Shown here: positions 1 through 8,096 of the stretch, one piece after another
How the letters are laid out: every line of letters starts with the position of its first letter
Position numbering within the stretch: the stretch's first letter is position 1
NCBI GenBank assembly: GCA_009691105.1
Contig: SHVU01000001.1
Location: 22,882 to 86,881 of the forward strand
DNA: 64,000 nt
Direction: 5' to 3'
From: Rhodospirillales bacterium
GTDB lineage: Bacteria > Pseudomonadota > Alphaproteobacteria > Rhodospirillales > SHVU01
Program-made: the position numbers and the translations under genes
Notes under the pieces: model-generated
Told to the model about the DNA's origin: nothing
The model's database searches: none
What the model saw: the letters and a program-made list of their open reading frames with translations, nothing else

Positions 1-297
1 CTCGAGGGCTCGGACTTTCAGAAAAAAGCCTGGGCCGCCATCGCCGATATCCCGTGGGGCGAGGTCCGCACCTATGGCGAGGTCGCAGCCCGCATCGGAT
101 CGTCGGCCCGGGCCATGGGCGCGGCCTGCCGGACCAATCCGCTTCCGATTATCATCCCGTGCCATCGCGTCGTCGGGGCGAATGGCGCATTGACGGGCTA
201 TTCCGGCGGTGAGGGGCTATCGACCAAACAGGCGTTGCTGGCGCTTGAAGGCCCGCTCGAGCAGAGCGATCTCTTCCAGCCGAAGAAGCCATCGTGA
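1..297 (+). CDS. ogt: methylated-DNA--protein-cysteine methyltransferase, C-terminal part (5' end lies off the window)
   Basis: Frame 1 is open from base 1. The translation ...WGEVRTYGEVAARIG...NPLPIIIPCHRVVGANGALTGYSGG carries the PCHRV active-site motif of the Ogt/Ada family. Stop TGA at 295-297. Confidence 0.85.
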   Translation, partial: LEGSDFQKKAWAAIADIPWGEVRTYGEVAARIGSSARAMGAACRTNPLPIIIPCHRVVGANGALTGYSGGEGLSTKQALLALEGPLEQSDLFQPKKPS

Positions 298-315
298 CCA
301 GGGGAGGACGCGACA

Positions 316-1293
316 ATGACCAAGGCCATCATCATTCACTCAACAGGCGGGCCCGAAGTTATGAAATGGGAAACCGTCGACGTCGGCCGGCCTGCCAAGG
401 GCCAGGTCCGTATTCGCCAGACTGCCGTCGGGCTTAACTATATCGACGTCTACTATCGCTCGGGCTTCTATCCGATCACCAAATTTCCGAGCTCCATCGG
501 CCTCGAAGCCGCCGGCGTCATCGAAGAGATCGGGCCCGGCGTCAAAGGCCTCAAGGTCGGAATGCGCGTCGCTTATTGCTCGCGGCCCAACGGCGCCTAT
601 GCCGAGACCCGGCTCTACGACGCCGCCAGCGTCGTGCCGCTGCCGAAATCGATCACCGACAAGACCGCCGCGGCGATGATGCTGAAAGGCCTCACCGCCG
701 AATATCTCCTGCGCCGCACCTACAAGGTCGGCAAGGGCGACACCATCCTGGTCCACGCCGCCGCTGGCGGCGTCGGGCTCATCCTCTGCCAATGGGGCAA
801 GCATCTCGGGGCGACGGTCATCGGCACCGTCGGCTCGGACGCCAAAGCCAAAGTCGCCAAGGCCAACGGCTGCCATCATCCGATCGTCTACACCCGCGAG
901 AATTTCCGCGAGCGGGTTCGCGAGATCACCGGCGGCGAAGGCTGCGACGTCGTCTACGACTCGGTCGGCAAGACCACGTTTGCGGAATCGCTCGGCTGCT
1001 TGCGCCGCCGCGGCATGATGGTGACCTTCGGCAACGCCTCCGGTCCGGTGCTGCCGATCAGTCCGTTGCTGCTGTCGCAACACGGCTCGCTCTTTCTCAC
1101 GCGGCCGTCGCTCGGTGATTACGTCGCGACGCGGCGCGAATTACTGACCGCCGCCGAGGCGCTCTTCGATGTCGTGAAGAAAAAGAAGGTCAAGATCCAC
1201 GTCAACCAGACGTACCCGCTGCGCGACGCCGCGCAGGCTCACGCCGATCTTGCGGCGCGCAAGACGACGGGATCGACGGTTCTGATTCCGTAA
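316..1293 (+). CDS. qor: NADPH:quinone oxidoreductase (zinc-type alcohol dehydrogenase superfamily)
   Basis: 325-aa ORF with MDR-family layout, an AAGGVG nucleotide-binding loop, and an N-terminus (VRIRQTAVGLNYIDVYYRSGFY) typical of Qor. Confidence 0.85.
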   Translation: MTKAIIIHSTGGPEVMKWETVDVGRPAKGQVRIRQTAVGLNYIDVYYRSGFYPITKFPSSIGLEAAGVIEEIGPGVKGLKVGMRVAYCSRPNGAYAETRLYDAASVVPLPKSITDKTAAAMMLKGLTAEYLLRRTYKVGKGDTILVHAAAGGVGLILCQWGKHLGATVIGTVGSDAKAKVAKANGCHHPIVYTRENFRERVREITGGEGCDVVYDSVGKTTFAESLGCLRRRGMMVTFGNASGPVLPISPLLLSQHGSLFLTRPSLGDYVATRRELLTAAEALFDVVKKKKVKIHVNQTYPLRDAAQAHADLAARKTTGSTVLIP

Positions 1294-1333
1294 GGTTGGT
1301 TTCTGTCCTCACCTGCCGCTTGGCGCGGCGGCG

Positions 1334-1358
1334 CCCTCTCCCGAAGAACGGGAGAGGG
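1334..1358. terminator. GC-rich hairpin between convergent qor and rho (possible bidirectional terminator)
   Basis: CCCTCTCCCG (1334-1343), loop AAGAA, CGGGAGAGGG (1349-1358): a perfect 10-bp stem. It is flanked by a further CCTCACC / GGTGAGG pairing. No clear T-tract on either side. Confidence 0.45.
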
Positions 1359-1385
1359 ATCGGTGAGGGATCGTAGGCGCGAAGC

Positions 1386-2642
1386 CTATGTGTTCATCGA
1401 TTCGAAGAATTCCTGATTGGTCTTGGTGCCGCGGAGCTTCTCGAGCAGGAACTCCATCGAGTCGACCACGCCCATCGGCAACAGGATGCGGCGCAGCACC
1501 CACATCTTCGACAGCGTGCCCTTGTCGACCAGCAGCTCTTCTTTGCGCGTTCCCGACTTGGTGATGTCGAGCGACGGCCAGGTGCGGCGATCGGTGAGCT
1601 TGCGATCGAGAATGATTTCCGAGTTACCGGTGCCCTTGAATTCTTCGAAGATGACTTCGTCCATCCGCGAGCCGGTATCGATCAGGGCGGTCGAGATGAT
1701 GGTCAGCGACCCGCCTTCCTCGATGTTGCGCGCCGCGCCAAAGAAGCGCTTCGGACGCTGCAGGGCGTTGGCATCGACGCCGCCGGTCAGCACTTTGCCC
1801 GACGACGGCACCACGGTGTTGTAGGCTCGCGCCAGGCGCGTGATCGAGTCGAGTAGGATCACGACGTCGCGCTTGTGTTCGACCAGCCGCTTGGCTTTCT
1901 CGATCACCATTTCGGCAACCGCGACGTGACGCGACGCCGGCTCGTCGAAGGTCGAGCTCACGACCTCGCCCTTCACCGAGCGATCCATGTCGGTGACTTC
2001 CTCGGGCCGCTCGTCGATGAGCAGCACGATCAGGTAGCACTCGGGATGGTTGCTGGCGATGGCGTGGGCGATGTTCTGCAGCATCATCGTCTTGCCGGTG
2101 CGCGGCGGCGCGACGATCAACGCGCGCTGGCCTTTGCCGATCGGCGTGACGAGATCGAGAACCCGCAGAGTCGGATCCTTGCTGTCGTTCTTTTTGACTT
2201 CCATCTGCAAGCGCTCATCGGGATAGAGCGGCGTCAGGTTGTCGAAATTGATGCGGTGGCGGACCTTGTCGGGGTCCTCGAAGTTGATGTGGTTGACGCG
2301 GAGTAGCGAGAAATACCGCTCGCCGTCCTTGGGCGAACGGATCTGGCCTTCGACCGTGTCGCCGGTGCGCAGACCGAAGCGTCGCACTTGGCTCGGCGAG
2401 ACGTAGATGTCGTCGGGCCCGGCAAGATAATTCGCTTCCGGCGAGCGGAGAAATCCGAAGCCGTCCTGCAAAACTTCCAACACGCCCGAGCCGAAGATCG
2501 GAACGTCGTTGACCGCGAGCTGTTTCAAGATCGCGAACATCATGTCCTGCTTGCGCAGGTTGCTCGCGTTCTCGACCTGAAGCTCTTCGGCGTAGCTGAG
2601 CAGATCAGCCGGGGATTTAGCCTTGAGTTCTTTGAGGTCCAT
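1386..2642 (-). CDS. rho: transcription termination factor Rho
   Basis: 418 aa. N-terminal [15 protein letters not shown]..., RNA-binding domain, Walker A PPRTGKT, full-length Rho architecture. Confidence 0.97.
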   Translation of the reverse strand: MDLKELKAKSPADLLSYAEELQVENASNLRKQDMMFAILKQLAVNDVPIFGSGVLEVLQDGFGFLRSPEANYLAGPDDIYVSPSQVRRFGLRTGDTVEGQIRSPKDGERYFSLLRVNHINFEDPDKVRHRINFDNLTPLYPDERLQMEVKKNDSKDPTLRVLDLVTPIGKGQRALIVAPPRTGKTMMLQNIAHAIASNHPECYLIVLLIDERPEEVTDMDRSVKGEVVSSTFDEPASRHVAVAEMVIEKAKRLVEHKRDVVILLDSITRLARAYNTVVPSSGKVLTGGVDANALQRPKRFFGAARNIEEGGSLTIISTALIDTGSRMDEVIFEEFKGTGNSEIILDRKLTDRRTWPSLDITKSGTRKEELLVDKGTLSKMWVLRRILLPMGVVDSMEFLLEKLRGTKTNQEFFESMNT

Positions 2643-2877
2643 GTATGGGCACCGAATCCTTAGGCCGCCGATTGCACGGCAGCTTCGAGGCGGGCCTTTA
2701 TCCGCTTCGGACGTCCTGACGGGAACGTACTGGGGTCCAACGACAGGCCCGAAACAGCCCGCAACTCGACCAACAATGGGGGAAAAGAGAAGTCGCAGCG
2801 ATCGTTAACGAACGCCGTCACCAGGATTGACCAAACCCGGCCTCAAAGTCAATTGATGTTTTGGGATAGAGGCCGGA

Positions 2878-3321
2878 TCAGAACGGCTTCACGACCGCGA
2901 GGATGGCGATCACGACGACCAGCACTGTCGGAATTTCGTTGAGAAGGCGATAGACGCGAGCTGAGCGCGTGTTGCGATCGGCGGCGAAGGCTTTGCGACA
3001 GCCGGCGAGAAATCCATGCAAGCCGGCGAGCACCAACACCAAGCCAAGCTTGCCGTGCAGCCATCCGGCCCGACCAAGCTCGGGATGTTCCGCCAGCATC
3101 AAGCCGCCGAGCAGAAACACCGCAATCATCGCCGGGTTCATGATGCCGCGAAGCAAACGCCGCTCCATGATTTTGAACGTCTCGGCTTGGGGACCAGCGG
3201 GCGTCTCGGCGTGATAGACGAACAGCCGCGGCAAATACCAAAGCCCCGCCATCCACGCCATGACGGCGACGATGTGGAGCGCTTTGATGACGAGGTAAGC
3301 GTCGTGGCTCAGGCCAAGCAT
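2878..3321 (-). CDS. hemJ: protoporphyrinogen IX oxidase HemJ (UPF0093 / CopD-like membrane protein)
   Basis: Last 147 aa of the 455-aa track ORF: MLGLSHDAYLVIKALHIVAVMAWMAGLWYLPRLFVYH... Four predicted TM segments. ATG at 3321 preceded by AGGA. Sits 8 nt after the hemH stop. Confidence 0.85.
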   Translation of the reverse strand: MLGLSHDAYLVIKALHIVAVMAWMAGLWYLPRLFVYHAETPAGPQAETFKIMERRLLRGIMNPAMIAVFLLGGLMLAEHPELGRAGWLHGKLGLVLVLAGLHGFLAGCRKAFAADRNTRSARVYRLLNEIPTVLVVVIAILAVVKPF

Positions 3322-3329
3322 CGTCCTGC

Positions 3330-4370
3330 TTACGCCGATCCGGTCGTGATCGGCAAGGGACATGCGCGGCTCGAGCTCGGACAGATCCGCTTTCCGTCGC
3401 CGGCGACGATCATCGCGCCGCGTCCGTGGGCGGCGCGGACCAGCCGCGCCAGACCGGCAATAAACGCCGGTTCGGTTCCGACCGTGGGCACGCGCACGTA
3501 GGACGGCACGGTGTGGTCCTGGGCGCGCTTTCGGTATTCGATGTCGAGCTCGACCAAAGTTTCTGAATGCTCCGAGACGAAGGCGATGGGCACTACGACG
3601 ACAGCGCGACCGTCGAGGCCGGCCCGCGCGATCTCGGACTCGGTCGAGGGCCCAATCCATTTCAGCGGGCCGACGCGGCTTTGGTAGCAGACGACGGACT
3701 CGACATCGCCGAGCCCAGACCGGATCGCGGCTGCAGTGCGTTCGACCTGGCCGGGATACGGATCGCCGCGTGCCACGATGCGCTCCGGCAAACCGTGCGC
3801 CGAGAACAGGATGCGCGGCGGCGCGTTCGCAGCGCGACGGGCTTGCTCGACGCCGGCGCGCGTCAACGTCGTGAGCGCGGCGATAAATCCAGCTTCGGTC
3901 GGGTAGCAGCAGATCGCACTGGTCGGCACGTCGAGGCCGGCACGGCGCGCGGCACGATGCCACTCGTCGAGCGACGAAGCCGTGGTCGTCGTCGAGTACT
4001 GCGGATAGAGCGGCAAAAGCACGATCGCATCGGGCGCATAGGCTTTCACGGCCTGCGCCGTGGCGTCGCTCATCGGATGCCAGTAGCGCATGGCGATGAA
4101 GGCTCGAACGTCTTCCCCAAGTTCGGCTTCGAGAGCCTTCGCCTGTTTTTCGGTCTCGGCCAGGATTGGCGAGCCGCCACCGAGCTCGGCATATATTTTC
4201 TGGGCGACGGCGGTGCGGCGTTTCGCGATCAGCCGCGCCAGCCATCCCCGGAACGGCGACGGCACGGCCAGGATCGCCGGATCGCTGAACAGATTGGTCA
4301 GGAACGGCTGCACGGCCTCCGGTCGATCGGGACCGCCGAGGTTGAACAGGACGACCGCGGTCTTGGCCAC
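3330..4370 (-). CDS. hemH: ferrochelatase
   Basis: Ferrochelatase homology across the ORF (TAVVLFNLGGPD..., LLPLYPQYSTTT, FSAHGLPE, EHSETLVELD). Start set to GTG at 4370 (codon 4368-4370), 4 nt after the hemE stop. An alternative ATG at 4418 would overlap hemE. Confidence 0.9.
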   Translation of the reverse strand: MAKTAVVLFNLGGPDRPEAVQPFLTNLFSDPAILAVPSPFRGWLARLIAKRRTAVAQKIYAELGGGSPILAETEKQAKALEAELGEDVRAFIAMRYWHPMSDATAQAVKAYAPDAIVLLPLYPQYSTTTTASSLDEWHRAARRAGLDVPTSAICCYPTEAGFIAALTTLTRAGVEQARRAANAPPRILFSAHGLPERIVARGDPYPGQVERTAAAIRSGLGDVESVVCYQSRVGPLKWIGPSTESEIARAGLDGRAVVVVPIAFVSEHSETLVELDIEYRKRAQDHTVPSYVRVPTVGTEPAFIAGLARLVRAAHGRGAMIVAGDGKRICPSSSRACPLPITTGSA

Positions 4371-4374
4371 GCCC

Positions 4375-5415
4375 TCAGGCCTTCCAGGCCCGGACGAGCC
4401 CAACGAGTTCGGCGACATGCTCAGGCGGCGTTTCTGGCAGAACACCGTGGCCAAGGTTGAAGACGAACGGACCACGGCCGAGGGTGTCGAGGATGCGCGT
4501 GACTTCGGTTTTAAGCGCCGCGCCACCGGCAACCAGGGCCTGGTTGTCGAAGTTGCCTTGGACGGCGACCCGAGACTGCAATTCGTCGCGCGCCCAGGCG
4601 AGCGGCACCGTGCTGTCGAGGCCGACCGCATCAACGCCGGTCTTCGACGCGTAGTCGCGATAGAGCGCCCCGGCGCCGCGGGGAAATCCAATCACTGGGA
4701 TCTCGGGATGCGCCGCTTTGAACCGGCGGACAACTTCGCGAGTCGGCGCGATGACCCAGCGTTCGAACTGGCTTTCCCCGAGAAGCCCGGCCCAGCTATC
4801 AAAAATCTGGACGGCATCGGCCCCGGCATCGGCCTGCTTCACGAGATGCTCGGCCGTCGCCGCGACCAAGGCCTGGATCAACCGCTCGAACGACGCCGAA
4901 TCGCGCCAGGCCCAGCGCCTGGCCTTGGTGAACTCGCCGCCGCCCCGGCCCTCGACCATGTAGGCCGCGATGGTCCAGGGGGCTCCGGCAAACCCGATCA
5001 CCGCGACATTGGCCGGCCGCGTCGCTTTCAAACCGGCGACAGCTTTCCACACCGGGGCTAGCCGGTCAGCCAGGCGTGCCGCTTCGAAGCTCGGAATATC
5101 GCGTTCGTCAGCGATCGGCTCCAAAACCGGCCCGACGCCTTCCCGAAACTCAACCTTCCGGCCGAGCGCATCTGGGATCACCATGATATCGCTGAAAATG
5201 ATCGCCGCATCGAAGCCGAACCGTCGGATCGGTTGCATCGAGAGCTCGACACAGGTCTGGGGCTGGTAACACAGCTCCAGAAAGTTCTCGGACTTGCCGC
5301 GCAGCTCACGGTATTCCGGCAGATACCGCCCGGCCTGGCGCATCAGCCACAAGGGCGGCTTGGCCAACGTCTCGCCCTTGAGAGTACGCACCAGGGCAAG
5401 CGCCAAGTCGGTCAT
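4375..5415 (-). CDS. hemE: uroporphyrinogen decarboxylase
   Basis: 346 aa. PPLWLMRQAGRYLPEYR signature at the N-terminus, full-length HemE. Confidence 0.95.
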   Translation of the reverse strand: MTDLALALVRTLKGETLAKPPLWLMRQAGRYLPEYRELRGKSENFLELCYQPQTCVELSMQPIRRFGFDAAIIFSDIMVIPDALGRKVEFREGVGPVLEPIADERDIPSFEAARLADRLAPVWKAVAGLKATRPANVAVIGFAGAPWTIAAYMVEGRGGGEFTKARRWAWRDSASFERLIQALVAATAEHLVKQADAGADAVQIFDSWAGLLGESQFERWVIAPTREVVRRFKAAHPEIPVIGFPRGAGALYRDYASKTGVDAVGLDSTVPLAWARDELQSRVAVQGNFDNQALVAGGAALKTEVTRILDTLGRGPFVFNLGHGVLPETPPEHVAELVGLVRAWKA

Positions 5416-5705
5416 CCCGTGTTCTACTACTACTAAGATTCTTTATAAGAAGATTGTAGTGGTGGTAGTGAGGTGAAAATCGGGGATCATTGATAGTGCG
5501 TGGAACGCCTTGATGAAGCTGGGGATGAAATAAAAATCGAGCTTGGTCTGTGCGCAAGTCCCCGTCGACATCATCGGTTCGCTTATAGTGACGCGCCTTC
5601 TAACACAGTGAATCACGGGGACCGGATGCCGCTGCGAACCTCTATCTCTTTCGGAATATCCCGTTCGTCCAAGGTTGCACACACGAGGGTGATATCACTT
5701 TTGAT
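5416..5705. other. candidate chromosomal replication origin (oriC) in the hemE/DUF299 intergenic gap
   Basis: Non-coding gap between divergent hemE and the DUF299 gene, the conserved alphaproteobacterial origin location. Locally AT-rich: 20 G/C in the 60 nt at 5421-5480. DnaA-box-like complements TGATCCCCG (5481-5489) and TCATCCCCA (5520-5528). A/T run at 5524-5540. Gene orientation flips here. Confidence 0.5.
5424..5468. repeat. imperfect inverted repeat centred on TATA (5444-5447)
   Basis: CTACTACTACT (5424-5434) pairs with AGTGGTGGTAG (5458-5468): 9 Watson-Crick pairs plus 2 T/G positions. The inner arms AAGATTCTT / AAGAAGATT are partly complementary. Confidence 0.7.
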
Positions 5706-6611
5706 TTGGGGCAAGGGGGAATGGAATCGCCAATTCGACGCGAACCGCCGATTATCCCCAAGTCATCCCCAGGATATGAACCGGTCGTCGTGACGAAGGA
5801 ATTCAACCTGCATCTGGTCTCGGATTCGACCGGCGAAACCGTGATTACGGTGGCGCGGGCCGGCATCGCGCAGTTCGACGACATCCAAGCCAAGGAATAC
5901 GTCTGGCCGCTGGTTCGGTCCCGCGAGATGGTGACCGAGGTCTTGGCGGCGATCGAGAAGAACCCCGGCATGGTGCTCTTCACCATGGTCAACACCGACG
6001 TCCGGAAAACCCTCGAGGCCGGCTGCTGCCGCCTCGGCATTCCCTGCATCTCGATCCTGGATCCGGTCTTCGCGGCGCTGGGCTTGTACCTCAAGGCCGA
6101 GGTCGGGCATCGCCCCGGCCGCCAGCACATGCTGGACGCGGAGTATTTCGAGCGGATCGCGGCGATGGAATACGCGCTGAGCCACGACGACGGCCAGGCG
6201 ACCCGTGATCTGGAATCGGCCGACGTCCTGCTGCTCGGCGTATCGCGGACCTCGAAGTCGCCGACCTGCATTTATCTCGCCAACCGTGGCGTCCGGGCGG
6301 CGAACGTGCCGATCGTCGCTGGCGTGGAACTACCGCCCGAGGTTCTCGCTGCGAAAGGTCCCTTGAAGGTCGGTCTGACCAAGGATCCGCGCCGCCTTGT
6401 CCAGATCCGGCGCAACCGCCTCAAGTCGCTCGAGATCGACGAAGACACCGACTACATCGACTTCGACAAAGTCACCGGCGAAGTCACCGCCGCGCGGCGG
6501 CTGTTCGCCGAACAGGGCTGGCCGGTGATCGATGTGACGCGCCGCTCGGTCGAAGAAACCGCGGCCGCGATCATTCAGCTTTTGAAAACCCATCGGGAGC
6601 GAACCGCCTGA
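5706..6611 (+). CDS. ppsR: pyruvate,phosphate dikinase / PEP synthase regulatory protein (DUF299 kinase/pyrophosphorylase)
   Basis: FNLHLVSDSTGET near the N-terminus and the P-loop GVSRTSKSP, typical of the PSRP/PDRP family. The start could be the ATG at 5721 instead of 5706. Confidence 0.85.
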   Translation: MGQGGMESPIRREPPIIPKSSPGYEPVVVTKEFNLHLVSDSTGETVITVARAGIAQFDDIQAKEYVWPLVRSREMVTEVLAAIEKNPGMVLFTMVNTDVRKTLEAGCCRLGIPCISILDPVFAALGLYLKAEVGHRPGRQHMLDAEYFERIAAMEYALSHDDGQATRDLESADVLLLGVSRTSKSPTCIYLANRGVRAANVPIVAGVELPPEVLAAKGPLKVGLTKDPRRLVQIRRNRLKSLEIDEDTDYIDFDKVTGEVTAARRLFAEQGWPVIDVTRRSVEETAAAIIQLLKTHRERTA

Positions 6612-7201
6612 CTCGTCCCGCCCGGCTCGTTCTCGCCTCGGCCAGTCCGATCCGCTGGAATCTGTTGAAGGCGGCGGGCCTTGACTGTCGCCGCGACCCG
6701 GCCGATCTAGACGAAGCCGCGATCCGTGATCGCCTCAAGGCGCGCGGCGCCGTCGTCGCAGCCCGGGCGCTCGCCAAAGCCAAGGCCGAAGCGGTCTCGA
6801 AGCGCCGCCCCGGCGCCACCGTCATCGGCGCCGACCAGATCCTGGTCCTGGGCGTGACGATGTTCGAGAAACCCAAAACCAAAGCCCGGGCCGCCGCCGA
6901 TCTTCGGCGCTTGAGCGGCCGCAGCCATCGCTTGATCAGCGCCGTCGCCGTCGCCCGCGACGGCCGGGCTCTGTGGAGCCGCGTCGCCACGGCGAAACTC
7001 ACCATGCGAACGATGAGCCGGGCCGAGATCGCCGCATATTTGGACGCCGCTGGCCCGGACGTTCTCGGATCGGTCGGGGCCTACCAGGTCGAAGGCCTCG
7101 GCATTCGGCTGTTCGAAAAGATCGACGGCGATTATTTCACCGTCCTGGGCCTGCCCTTGTTGCCGCTGCTTGGCTATTTGCGACGGGCCGGCTTGGGCTA
7201 G
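6608..7201 (+). CDS. maf: Maf-like nucleoside triphosphate pyrophosphatase
   Basis: The track ORF starts at TTG 6665, but the conserved Maf N-terminus RLVLASASPIRWNLL lies upstream in the same open frame. The only plausible initiator there is CTG 6608 (overlapping the ppsR stop), so the start is uncertain. Confidence 0.75.
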   Translation: MTRPARLVLASASPIRWNLLKAAGLDCRRDPADLDEAAIRDRLKARGAVVAARALAKAKAEAVSKRRPGATVIGADQILVLGVTMFEKPKTKARAAADLRRLSGRSHRLISAVAVARDGRALWSRVATAKLTMRTMSRAEIAAYLDAAGPDVLGSVGAYQVEGLGIRLFEKIDGDYFTVLGLPLLPLLGYLRRAGLG

Positions 7202-7235
7202 GATGGCGTCGGCTGAACGCCAGCGGGGACTCATC

Positions 7236-8096
7236 ATGAAGCTCGGTTGCATCGTTCCGGAAAAAGCGAAACTCATCGGCCTGCTCGGACTTCCGTTGAG
7301 CGGCATTCTTTCACCCCGGTTGTTCGCCTATCTGCTCGGTCAGAAAGGCATCGACGGTGCGGTCGTCGTCATGGAGACCCAGCCCGAGGACCTCGGCTCG
7401 GTCCTCAAAACATTGCCCAAGATTGGCTTCGTCGGTTTCAGCGTCACCGCGCCCCACAAGCTCGAAGCGATGAAATACGTCGACGAGCTAGACCCGATGG
7501 CGAGGCGCCTGGGCGCGCTCAACTGCATCGTCGTAAAGCCCGACGGTCGCTTGATCGGAAAAAACATCGATACATACGGCTTCATCGAGCACTTGAAGGC
7601 AACGCTCGTTGGGTTTCCGTTTAAGAAAACCTCCACCGTTGTGGTCGGCGCCGGCGGCGCGGCGCGGTCGAGCTGCGCCGTCTTGCTCGACGAAGGCGTT
7701 CCCGAAATTCGTCTCGTCAATCGTTCGCTGGAGCGGGCGAGCGCTCTTGCGAAATTCATCGGCGGGCCGATCAAGGTCGTGCCGTGGGCGGATCGCGAGG
7801 CGGCTCTCGACGGCGCCGGGCTGCTGGTGAACACCACGACCCAAGGCATGACGCCGAACCCGCCGCTCGATTTGAAGCTCGATCGGTTGTCGCGAACTGC
7901 CGCTGTCTACGACATCGTCCGCACGCCCATCGATACGCCTTTGCTGAAAGCGGCGCGCAGCCGTGGGCACCCCATTGTCGACGGCGTCGGCATGGTGCTG
8001 CACCAGGCGAAGCTGTCCTGCACCGAATGGTTCGGATTCACGCCTGAGATCACTCCGGCGACTCGCACCTTCGTCGTCGAGGGCCGCCTTCCGTGA
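7236..8096 (+). CDS. shikimate dehydrogenase-like paralog (divergent substrate pocket)
   Basis: Full-length AroE fold (VTAPHK, GKNIDTYGF, GAGGAARS, LLVNTTTQGM). Differs from canonical AroE at several shikimate-contact positions. Start at ATG 7236, with an alternative ATG at 7203. Confidence 0.8.
   Translation: MKLGCIVPEKAKLIGLLGLPLSGILSPRLFAYLLGQKGIDGAVVVMETQPEDLGSVLKTLPKIGFVGFSVTAPHKLEAMKYVDELDPMARRLGALNCIVVKPDGRLIGKNIDTYGFIEHLKATLVGFPFKKTSTVVVGAGGAARSSCAVLLDEGVPEIRLVNRSLERASALAKFIGGPIKVVPWADREAALDGAGLLVNTTTQGMTPNPPLDLKLDRLSRTAAVYDIVRTPIDTPLLKAARSRGHPIVDGVGMVLHQAKLSCTEWFGFTPEITPATRTFVVEGRLP

Noticed and set aside
2643-2877. Possible small RNA or terminator in the 235-nt rho upstream region (CCGGCCTC ... 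GAGGCCGG just after the hemJ stop)
   Set aside because: The 8-bp stem encloses a ~24-nt loop and has no convincing T-tract. The region is most simply the long rho leader (rho is known to be autoregulated through its leader). There is not enough evidence for a separate feature.
2878-4245. 455-aa ORF suggesting a large protein ending in HemJ
   Set aside because: Only the last 147 aa (from ATG 3321) are HemJ-like. The upstream 300 aa are an Arg-rich out-of-frame read-through over the hemH coding region.
5416-5705. CtrA boxes (TTAA-N7-TTAA) in the candidate origin
   Set aside because: No TTAA tetramer pair is present in the gap, so I make no claim of Caulobacter-type CtrA control.
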